From positions 1-60,694 of the IMG/VR virus record IMGVR_UViG_3300044630_003799: DNA of 60,694 bases. One strand, 5' to 3'. This document shows positions 11,420-22,200 of the stretch, in pieces; position 1 is the stretch's first letter, and each line of letters begins with the position of its first letter. Source of the stretch: a virus (lineage: Duplodnaviria > Caudoviricetes). The notes below the pieces were generated by a model. The model made no database searches. It was not told where the DNA came from and saw nothing but the letters and a program-made list of their open reading frames with translations. Both the position numbers and the translations under genes were made by a program.

Positions 11420-13462
11420 TTATAATCCAAATCTTCCTTTTGTAGCATTGTAATTTTGTAATACTTCTGAAGCAGATAAAGCTCTATTATATATTCTAGC
11501 TAAAGCGCAATAACAAGATGTTATTTCACCACCACTATCACCTAAAATGTAAAGAGTACCTGATGTAGCTATAGTAGAATTATAAGTTCCAGACCCAATT
11601 GAAACTCCATTAACATAAGCAATACATGCAGATCCTGCTCCATTAGCTAAAGTATAAACTAACTGATACCAAGTTCCAACGGTGAGATTTGCTGTGAAAT
11701 TCAAATCTGGATATACATGAACTGTGTTTGTTGACGTTCCAAATAATATTCTTTCTCCACCTCCATCATCAAACCATGTTTGCCATCCTAATGAAAATGA
11801 TTTAGAATTAATCCATATTTCATAAGTTCTAGAAGCTGGAAACGGAAAAGAAGTTATTCTAAAGCCTTGATCATTAGTATCATTTGTTTCAAAAGTTCTT
11901 ACTCCATTATAGGAAACCCAATTTGCAGAAGTAAGATTAGACATAGTTGCTTGATATCCATTACCACTAACATCATACCATGTTGTACCTGCTCCAGCAT
12001 AACTATATATATTATCAGCATCAAGATTTAATACTAATCCTTGTTGAACTATTGTATTTGCAAATTTTGACTTTTGAGCTTCGTAATTTTGCAATACTTC
12101 TGCGGCGCTTAATGCTTTATTATATATATGTACTGGTCCATATAAACCTTTGAACCAATAACTACTATTTAAATCCGCTGTATTTGCTATAGTCATATTT
12201 GTAGCAGTATCGACATTAAGCACAGTTGCAGCCGATGCTAATGATTCATATACTCCGTTTATATAAAAATGACCATTATTAGTTGCTCCATTTTGTCGCA
12301 CCATTACGATATTAGCCCAAACACCTTCTAAACTAGACCATGTATTTGTTGTAAATATTTCCGAACTACTACTTCCATTAGCAGTTGACCAAAGAAATTT
12401 GTTAACGCTATTGTTCCACGCAAATCCATAACCAGCAGCAGCAGCAGCAGCATTTTTACTTGTAATTATAAGCTTAAATGTTGGAGTACCCGTTTGAGTT
12501 AATATTTTTACCCATGTACTTATAGTAAAATTACTGGTTCCCATTCTGATACTAGATGCATTTCCTAAATTAACATAATCGCTTGTTCCATTAAATGTTA
12601 ATGCTCCTTTGTTATAAAAATCATAATCTGGCATATTAGCAACAGTTGCATTGCCAAATAATCCATGATTATTATTGTTACTCAAATCAACTATACTTCT
12701 ATCAGTATTAGATATACCCCATTTTTGTCCAAGATATGTGTGAACCAATCTTCTTTCTGTGACCGTTAGAACTCTATTGAAAACAATAATTTCTGCAACT
12801 TCGCAAGTGCTTGTTTCATTAGAATAGTAATTTATTCCTAATTTTCTCAGTCCTCCACTAGCAGCAGTACTATTAGTAACTATAGCAGTTCCATTGCTGT
12901 ATATATTTGCTAAATCAGTGTTAGCGCCAGCAGGAGGCCCACTATAATCTCCCATATATACTCTCCAGACAGTATCATTTCCATAAACTTGATAACTAAC
13001 CCAACCTTCTGCATAATATTGATTTACATATCCGCCCCAATGTCCTAATAGCCAATTGCCTCCACCACTATCTAAATTACAAGTTAATACTCTTTGATTA
13101 GTCCCACTGGTATATCTGCTAACAACAAATACAGTACTTGTAGTAGAAGATAAATCAATAACATCATTTCCAATTGTTTGAACGGCTGTAAACGCCAAAA
13201 CTTTTCTTGAATTTAAAAAAACACTTCTTGTTGGACCATTAACTTTTGGAACCATGTGATAATTGTATCCACTCTTATCTCTCCATTGACTAACTGTTGT
13301 GCCAGAGCTATAACTAAATGTAGTATCATCAGCAGCGTCCATCCACATGACCAATCCATTTTTTACTGGAAGATCAGTTGTCGGATACGATTTATTTTGT
13401 GACGCATCTAAACACATCACTAAAGAGTCAGTAACTATTTTTGGAGAGTAAATTTTCGACAT
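11420..13462 (-). CDS. multi-LamG virion protein (nested plus tandem LamG domains)
   Basis: three (G/S)LV..DA starts; two YN(K/R)ALSA.EVLQNY ends plus an internal VFNRVLT end. Confidence 0.75.
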   Translation of the reverse strand: MSKIYSPKIVTDSLVMCLDASQNKSYPTTDLPVKNGLVMWMDAADDTTFSYSSGTTVSQWRDKSGYNYHMVPKVNGPTRSVFLNSRKVLAFTAVQTIGNDVIDLSSTTSTVFVVSRYTSGTNQRVLTCNLDSGGGNWLLGHWGGYVNQYYAEGWVSYQVYGNDTVWRVYMGDYSGPPAGANTDLANIYSNGTAIVTNSTAASGGLRKLGINYYSNETSTCEVAEIIVFNRVLTVTERRLVHTYLGQKWGISNTDRSIVDLSNNNNHGLFGNATVANMPDYDFYNKGALTFNGTSDYVNLGNASSIRMGTSNFTISTWVKILTQTGTPTFKLIITSKNAAAAAAGYGFAWNNSVNKFLWSTANGSSSSEIFTTNTWSSLEGVWANIVMVRQNGATNNGHFYINGVYESLASAATVLNVDTATNMTIANTADLNSSYWFKGLYGPVHIYNKALSAAEVLQNYEAQKSKFANTIVQQGLVLNLDADNIYSYAGAGTTWYDVSGNGYQATMSNLTSANWVSYNGVRTFETNDTNDQGFRITSFPFPASRTYEIWINSKSFSLGWQTWFDDGGGERILFGTSTNTVHVYPDLNFTANLTVGTWYQLVYTLANGAGSACIAYVNGVSIGSGTYNSTIATSGTLYILGDSGGEITSCYCALARIYNRALSASEVLQNYNATKGRFGL

Positions 13463-13465
13463 ATT

Positions 13466-14665
13466 TTATAATCCGAATCTTGTTCTTGTTGCTTGAAAAT
13501 TTTGAGATACTTCAGCTTGAGTTAATGCTTTATTATACATTCTCACTAATCCAAATTGAACATTAGGCCAATTAGCTCCTAAATAACTAATTATAAAAGC
13601 ATTAGAAGTATTATAACTTAAAGTTCCATTTGGGATAGAGTTTGCCGTAGAAGCTACTCCATTAAAATAACTTCTTATAGCATCTCCCGGTTTAAAAGTA
13701 AAAACTACATGTTTAAAAACAGAAGTTGATATAGTTTCATTTGTATTACATCTGTATTCTACTCCATCAACGAAATGTAAAGCTCTAATTAATTGTCCGC
13801 CTGTTTCTAAAAATATAAGAGGACTATAAGAGGCATAAGGATTTATTCCAAACAAATGATTCCATCCTGCTGTAGTTGTTACAGCCTTAACAACCATTTC
13901 AATCGTTAATTCTGTTATTGGTCTTAAAGAGCTTACATTCGTAATAGAAACATAATCATCAACACCATCAAATAAAATATTTCCTTTATTAGAAACATTA
14001 GATGTAGGACCATTTGTTAATGTTCCATTGTTTGCATTACCACTTAAATCATACCACAACCCTATATTACTTGTTGAGTTGAATGTACTGTTTCCAGTAT
14101 CGACATTTGTCAATTCTACTTTTGGATTTCTATAATAAATCGTACCAGTATCAGCTAATCTTGTCGCTCCACAAGCGCCAGGATATAAATACATGTTTAA
14201 ATTTCCACTTGTGCTTATTGGTCCAAATGTAAAAGACCTACGCTGCCAAACATTTTGTAATGTATTTGCTATTCCAATAGACGCACCAGCAACTCCTTCA
14301 AAATTAGCGAGATAATCTGTACTTGGATAATTTGTTGCTCCAGTAACTAAATAATCAAAACTAAAAGTAGCATAACTTCCTGCAATTACTGGCGTAGAAT
14401 TTCCATGATAATGACACCCATTTACTCCCAGAGCATAACTATATACCACATCATTTGGCCTTATAGTATAACCACCAATTACAGTGCCAGTTGCTACTCT
14501 TTGAAAAGTTCCAGTGCCATTAATAGCAAAAGTAACATTTTCTGTTATAAGACCACTTCCATATGAAATAAATCTATTAGTAGAATAACTTTTGCCGTTT
14601 CCAGCGTCTAAATTTAACACCAATCCACTACTAACTATTTGCGGCCCATTATTTACTGTACTCAT
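13466..14665 (-). CDS. LamG-like virion protein with an inserted domain
   Basis: GLVLNLDAGNGKSY...WYDLSGN...YNKALTQAEVSQNFQATRTRFGL. Confidence 0.75.
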   Translation of the reverse strand: MSTVNNGPQIVSSGLVLNLDAGNGKSYSTNRFISYGSGLITENVTFAINGTGTFQRVATGTVIGGYTIRPNDVVYSYALGVNGCHYHGNSTPVIAGSYATFSFDYLVTGATNYPSTDYLANFEGVAGASIGIANTLQNVWQRRSFTFGPISTSGNLNMYLYPGACGATRLADTGTIYYRNPKVELTNVDTGNSTFNSTSNIGLWYDLSGNANNGTLTNGPTSNVSNKGNILFDGVDDYVSITNVSSLRPITELTIEMVVKAVTTTAGWNHLFGINPYASYSPLIFLETGGQLIRALHFVDGVEYRCNTNETISTSVFKHVVFTFKPGDAIRSYFNGVASTANSIPNGTLSYNTSNAFIISYLGANWPNVQFGLVRMYNKALTQAEVSQNFQATRTRFGL

Positions 14666-14668
14666 ATT

Positions 14669-16243
14669 TTATACTCCATATGTTGCACGGGTTGCATTGA
14701 AATTTTGTAATACTTCTGATGCAGTTAAAGCCCTGCTATAAGCTCTTGCAGTTGAAACAATACTATTACTAGCATAATCTGTAGATGCTGCACCAATATA
14801 ATATGGAGTTGTCGATGCGTACTGTCTTAATTGTTTGGTCAGCGTTGCGCTTGATTGAGAAACTCCATTAATATATAAATATCTCATAGCATTTTCCACA
14901 TCTGTCACAAAAACTCCATGATACCAAACATTTAAACTTAAAGTCACTCCAATATTTGATGCAGTTACATCATTATACCATGTTGTAGCATAAATAATAT
15001 TAGGAGTACCCTTATCATGATAAAATCCGCTATGATATCCTTGTCTTCCAAAAAAATATCCTCCATATAATCCCGGCGGAGTTCCCAATAATTTAAACCA
15101 ACATTCATATGTATGACTGTTATTACTTAAATTATCTAATACAGAATTAGCAATTGGAGTTGTTATTGCTCCTTGAGCATTTGCATTAAAATAATATCCT
15201 CCGCCATCAAAAGCAATCGCAGAACTAGTAAGATCAATATTATAACCATTTCCACTCATGTCTAATAAACCACCACCGCCACCAACTGTATTTGCAGAAC
15301 GAGAAGTAATAGCAAATTCTGAAGCGTAACCTTTTTGCTCTAATTGCATCTCTGCTATATCAACCGAAGTTGGCGCACTGTGATTGCTCCAAAAATAAAA
15401 AAATATCGCCCCTCCAGTTGCAGATGATGTAAATGTTTGAGTCCATTTCTGCCATCCAGATGTCAAAGCGGGACTATAATAACCTCCACCTCCAGTAGCT
15501 GTTCCAGTAAAATATAAAGTAAAATAAATATTATTTCCTATCGCAGCTTGGGCGCTGGCTCTAACATAACAACTAAATGTATATACAGTATTTGCTGTGT
15601 ATGCAGGTTGGACTCCATAAGCCATTCCATCTAAAGCGTCACTTCTAAACCAATTTAATCTTAAACAATCATGATATCTATTATCAAAAGCAAAACCATT
15701 AGTAACAGTAGTTTTGATCAATCCAGAATTCGGTAAATGAGCTTCTGACCGCCACATTGTTGGAAAACTTGTAGCATTAATACTGATTCTTGTGTCAGAG
15801 TTTATAGAAGATAAAACTTGGTCTACTGTTTTCGAAGCGTCATTAGTTCCATCATATTGATGTAAAGTAAAAGTCGTCGAAGATAACCTTTTAAAATAAT
15901 AATCAGTATTAGCAGTGACTCCTCCTCCTGTAGTCTGAGGTCTAATTACATCAAAAGTAGCAAGAGAATTAAATAAAGATGTCGGAGAAGACACTGTAAC
16001 AACATTACTTGTAATAGAAGCTATAGTACCTATAGAAAAAAAAGCTCCATTATTATAAGCCGTTCTTACTTCATATGTTCCCCAACTATTTCCAGAAGAT
16101 GGATAAGAATTAGCTGATCCACCACTATAAGTGCCAATTAAATTTGTAGTAGCTTGACCGGGAAAACTTTTAGAAAATTCACGATTATAATATAACTGCA
16201 AATCTTTCTTTACTATTCCTCTATTACCATGTTGGATACTCAT
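14669..16243 (-). CDS. LamG-like virion protein with CBM-like inserts
   Basis: YTFSCYVR..WQKWTQTF insert; C-terminal YSRALTASEVLQNFNATRATYGV. Confidence 0.7.
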   Translation of the reverse strand: MSIQHGNRGIVKKDLQLYYNREFSKSFPGQATTNLIGTYSGGSANSYPSSGNSWGTYEVRTAYNNGAFFSIGTIASITSNVVTVSSPTSLFNSLATFDVIRPQTTGGGVTANTDYYFKRLSSTTFTLHQYDGTNDASKTVDQVLSSINSDTRISINATSFPTMWRSEAHLPNSGLIKTTVTNGFAFDNRYHDCLRLNWFRSDALDGMAYGVQPAYTANTVYTFSCYVRASAQAAIGNNIYFTLYFTGTATGGGGYYSPALTSGWQKWTQTFTSSATGGAIFFYFWSNHSAPTSVDIAEMQLEQKGYASEFAITSRSANTVGGGGGLLDMSGNGYNIDLTSSAIAFDGGGYYFNANAQGAITTPIANSVLDNLSNNSHTYECWFKLLGTPPGLYGGYFFGRQGYHSGFYHDKGTPNIIYATTWYNDVTASNIGVTLSLNVWYHGVFVTDVENAMRYLYINGVSQSSATLTKQLRQYASTTPYYIGAASTDYASNSIVSTARAYSRALTASEVLQNFNATRATYGV

Positions 16244-19200
16244 AGTTTTTCCTCCACTATCAATTTAGGTACATCTTTTCTTTCTGCGGTAAAGTCCCAG
16301 AAAAATTCAATGTCCTTAGCTTTTTCATACCAAGATTTATCATATTTAATTACAATCTTATTATCTTGTATAATTATATCTTCTACATAAAATACTTTTG
16401 AGCATTTATATGCAGTAATTTGTACGTTAACTGTATTTTCATCTATTAAAAGTTTAACATAATCAGGAAGAATAATCTCGGCGCGAACTCCATTTGTTTT
16501 TCCTTTGCCAGTTAATCTTATGCCGTGATATGGAGACTCAAGAGATCCATATACTAAATCATGTTCTGGTTTAGTTGGATGAGGTATTCTAAATGACTTT
16601 GTTGTTGCTGAAAATGCGCCAGTATTTGGATTATATCTAATTTTTGTACTAGCTTTTAATGGAGTATTGCCAGTAATATTCGCGCCAAAATATAAATAAT
16701 ATGATGAATTTGTTGCGTCATCAGTTGCTATAGTTACATTTGTAGCATTTTCTATAGCATTTGAACCTATAATCGTCGCAACATTTGCTCCAGTTAATTC
16801 TTCTATAATTCCTGAGCCAGCAGTTATTCTTCCTAAAACTCTAGCAGTCGCGCTAACATTTTGTATTTTAGCATAAGTGACTCCAGCGTCATTTAAAGAA
16901 ATTGCTGGTGTAGTTCCGCCAGAACTTGTAATAGGAGCAGTTCCAGTTACACTTGTTACTGTACCACTTCCTGTACCCGCTCCAATTGCCGTTCTGAATG
17001 TTGCCGCATCTAATGCCGAGACTGTATTATCAGCATTAATTCTAGGAAATGTTATTGCAGATGGATTTGTTAATGTAAAAAAATTCCCACCGACAGTTGT
17101 TGCCCCAAGAGCAGATCTTCCATCAGTACTGCTTAATGCGCTTACAGATCCAGAGGTTGCAGTTAATCTTCCTATTACAACAGGGCCAGTAACATCTTGT
17201 ATTTTAGCGAAAGTGACATTTGAATTAAGAATTTTTGCAGTTGTAACTCCATCAGTTGCTATAGAAATATCTGGTGTAGTTCCGCCTGAACTGGCTAATC
17301 CGCCACTTCCAGTGACGCTTGTTACTGTACCATTTCCAGTTCCTGCGCCAATATCACTTCTAACTTGCGCGGCAGTTCTTGAAATTAATACGCCATTTGC
17401 GTCAGTTGTTAAGAATATTGTAGCGGCAGAACCAGAAGCTGATATGCTACGAACTCTAGCAGTTCCATTTATATCTAATTTACTAGAAGGAGTTGTTGTT
17501 CCTATTCCAATGCTTCCGCCACCAGTTAAAACAAAAGCTGGAATAGTTGAGCTAAATCCTGTAGCAAATATACCAAGATCTCCAACGGCATTTGTAGCAT
17601 TAGCTAATAAATGCTGAATAACAAATTTTGTTGCATAATCTGAATCTCCACTAAGCCATGCTCTAAAACGAATTCCGCTTCTAGGATCTGTTGACCAACC
17701 ATCATTTGTAGATGGAGTGTTTGCCGCACTAAATGTTTTCGCATTTATGAACAATCCAACTCTACCATATTCATTAGTATTATTTTGAAGAATTAAATAT
17801 TTTGATGAATCGAATTCTGTTCCTGTATAGAAAGCAGAGTCAGATCCATATCCAAATACTATTCCGCCATTAACATGTAACTTATTGCTAGGACTTGTTG
17901 TACCTATACCAACATTATTAGTACCTACTGCAATTGTCATCGCTGTAGAATTATCAGGAGCAAATTTGATGCTGCGAACGCCTGACGTTGTACCAATTAC
18001 AAGAGCATCACTATAATTAGATTCAATATATCCTGAACGACCATTTGCTACATCATCTGTAATTGTAATTCTTGTTGCAGCCGCCGAATTAGAAATATGT
18101 AATTTACTAGATGGTGAATTTGTACCTATACCAACATTACCAGTTCCATGAGGAGACAAAACTATATGACCATTACCTGCGGCAGTAGCTATAGTTAAAT
18201 TACCCGTATCAGTTTGAATGGTTTGTGCGCCACTTGATTGTAAAACGCCAGCAGAAGTAATTATCCATTTATCAGTATTTGCTATTCTAAATCTTATAGA
18301 CTGACTAGTAGAAGCATTTATATATGTTATACCATTATTTGATTGCAATACGGCGTAGTTTGCTCCGCTGCTTTGATCTAACGCTGAATTAGCGAACATC
18401 GCTAAAGAATTAGTAACGGGCCATGAACCGATTAATACACTTCCAATTCTTGATAATGCGGCAGTTGCAGGAATATCTAATTGATATATAGGATTAACTG
18501 TTCCTACGCCAACTTTATTATTTCTGACAACAAGATCATTTTGTCCATATTGTCCCATTACGACTCTATCATCCGCAAATACTTCAAGCACTGGAAGACC
18601 AGCGCTATTATTTACGCTCATCAAACTATCGCTCAAATCATCGGTAACGCTAAATAACGTACCATTAGTTCCATCGGCGCGAATTAAAGTTGCACCTGAT
18701 ACAGTTGAATTAACGTGCAATCTTGCTAATGGAATATTATTTCCAATACCAACATTACCATCACTTCTTTTAACAAAAAATCCTTTTGCGATATTACTTC
18801 CAAAATCAGGATCTATCCAAAAACCAGAAAATGCTGATGTATATCTATAACCATAGAACATCAAATCATTATTGCTTGTATCTTGCGCTCTCAATCCCCA
18901 ATAACCAGCCGAACCATCACCAGTTGCTGGAGCTTTTAACGATATTATAGGATAATCAGAAGCTTCAAATCTAATCATGCCATTTTGACTGACATGGCTT
19001 CCTACAATATGAAGCTTAGTAGTTGGACTAGAAATTCCAATACCAACATTTCCTTCGACAAGTAATCCATTTGTTGGCGCAGCAACATTATATCCACTTC
19101 CAATACTTGCAGATCCAGCAATATGTAATTTATTATTTGGAGTAGATGTAATACCAATACCGACATTTCCAGTAGTAGATAAAATATGTTGAGAAGCACT

Positions 19201-22200
19201 AGCGCCAAGATATAAATTACCACTATCAGTTCTTATTGTGCTATTTCCAACTCCTCCATCTCCTGTTCTAGCAGAAGAATTTGAAAACATTACTATCTTA
19301 TTTGCGCCTTGATCATTGCCGATAAATAATGCGGCATAAGCAGAACTTCCAGAATTTATATTTCTAATAGCTTGAATATGACCAGCATTTATATCTTTAT
19401 AAACATCTAAAGCGTAAATTGCATTTGTAGTACCTATACCAACATTTCCGCTTCCCATGAAGCGAACACGTTCAACTGGAGCCGCTCCAGCTATATCATT
19501 CAATGAAAATGCAAGATCCATATTCGTTGCACTTCTTATTGCATCAATAAACACTTTGCCGCCATTAGTATTATTAAATGGATCTGATGTAGACGCAGCA
19601 ATAAATCTAACTGTTGTTCCTGCGGTAGTATCCGCATTCATTGCTCTGATGGATTCAAATATTCCACCAGCGACCGTTTTCATTAAGTGAAGCGATCCAT
19701 CTGCTATACGAGATTCAGAAGATGTATAAGTAGAAGTATTTACTGCTCCTCCATTAACAACAAATTTACTTAAAACACTTGTAGTTCCAACACCAACGTT
19801 TGCACTTGATCTTATTATGGAAATAGCATTAGTATCACTATCGATTAAAGCGTCAGCATTTTCATGTACTCCAATATGAAAAAGATTATTAGATCCATCA
19901 TAATGTAAATACGCGCCTTGATAAAATGGAGTTGCACCAGTTACAACTTCAGTAAATCTTATTCTTCCAGATTCAAATTGATTTATAGCATTACCGCCAA
20001 GATTAATAATTGGACCAGAATCTTTATTATCTCCAGCTTGAATTGTTAATTTATTATTTGGAGTGCTGTTTCCAATTCCGACGCTGCCATTTAATAATGT
20101 ATATCCAGTTCCGCTTGGAGTTAAAACTATATTTTGATTAGATCCTCCAGCGGTTATTGTTATACCACTTGAACCAGTTATATTTCCAACAGATGTTAAA
20201 TTTCCACTTACATTTTGTGTTCCATTAAAACTTTGTCCCCAGAAAGTATATGTACCAGATAAACTTCCAGCAGATCCAGAAACACTTCCATTTATAGTAT
20301 TTGTAACTGTTAAATTAGCTAAAGTACCAACGCTTGTTAAACTAGAATTAACAACCCCAGAACCCAATGTAGTTGAACTTAAAACATCAGTTCCATTTAT
20401 TCTATAAGATTTTCCATTCGCAATATTAAGATGCTCAGATAAAGTCCAAGCATCAGTAGAATCAACCCAAATAATTGTTTTATCTGTTGTTCCTTTTAAT
20501 GTTATTCCACCGCCATCAGCGGTAACATCTGTAGCGCCACCAACACTAAAAACAATAGATCCTGTTGTAGCGTGAACAGGAGACACTGTAAATTGAGTCG
20601 CGCTAGTTATACTAGAAATAACTGGATTTGCTCCAAAAGCTCCCGTACCAGAAATTTTAGTTAACGCTTGACCAACTATTAATCCGCTTGTACTACTTAC
20701 TATTACATTAGCATCACCAGCATCTATATTAACAGTAGAAGATAAAGATGCAATTGCTATTACCGCGCCTAATTCAATATTTTTATCATCAACAGACAAT
20801 GTGCTAGAATTAATTGTAACTGTGCTTCCATTTACAGTTAAGTTGCCAGATACAATTACATTATCTTTAAAAGTTTTATTTCCAGCAAAAGTTTGAGCGC
20901 CAATAGAAACGCCACCAGCTTGAACATCAGAAGCATTTTGTAAACCAATTGAAACAGCGGAAGATCCATTATAACTAGTTCCAGTTAATGGAGAACTAAT
21001 AGTTAATGCATTTGCAAGCGAACCAGCAGTTGTCGCACTTCCTACACTTAGTGAAGATTGATTTGCCCAAGTTGGCGCACCAGTTCCACCAGAAAGTAAA
21101 ACTTGATTTGCAGTTCCAGCCGCGCTAAATAATGTTGTATTTGGGCCTGATTGATACGGAATTTGTCCAGCATTTCCTGCTTCAATATTTTCAGTTCTAG
21201 TTACAGCATTTAATCCTATAACAGTAACAACTCCTGATCCATCTAATTCTTGTACAGGACCAGTTGAAGCAGATGTTCTTCCTAAAATTCTTAAAGTAGG
21301 AATATCTGCTAATTTAGCAATAGTTAAAGCTCCATCTGCTATTGAAAGCGTAATTGTTTTATCAGCAGAAGCATTTGCTGTAAAAGTAGGAGTTGTACTA
21401 AGTGAAATGCCGCCACTTCCAGCTAAAGTTAAAGTATTATTATATACTGTAGGAATATCAGTAAGCGTAGCTAAAGTTCCTGTAGTTGGAAGTGTTAAAC
21501 TAGTTGTACCTGTAGTTGTAAAAGTTAAAGCAAAATTTCCAGAAGTAGTAAAACTATTTGCTAAAGAAATGGCTTTACCATTTATTTGTATAAGTCCAGT
21601 TCCTTTAGGTATTAAATTTAAACCAATATTTGTATCGTCGCCAGTTGCTGAAATAGAAGGAGAGCCAGATGTTGCCGCATTAGATATTGTTAATTCATTT
21701 ACAGCACTAGCAACAGATGATGGAAATTTAATTAGCTCATTATTATTTGCATCAAGAATAAATGAACGGTTTTTCCAAAGAGAAGTTGTTGAATCGTAAA
21801 TTAAAAATTGTCCTCCTAACGCAGTAGTAATTTGTACATCCGACAAATCATCCAAAGCTCCAGCCGCTGATCCTCCTCCAGAAACCGAAGAAGAACTTAA
21901 ACTTCTTGAAAGACCAGCTTGCAAAAATTTAGCATTACTTGCACTGCTTAAATCTGTAATTCCTTGTTTTACAATTAAATATCCAAGAAAAACAGTATCT
22001 CTAGCAGTAAATGGTGATTCAGAAAAACTTTCATTTGGTAAAGCAGTTAAAGCGTCTCCTAAAGTTGGATAAGTAGCAACGCCATAATAATTTACCAATC
22101 TATCATCAATCTTTGGAAATAAATAAAATCTTTGAATTGTCCAATATCCAGATGTTACAGAAGCTAATGTACCAGTTCCATTATCATAATTATTAGGATC

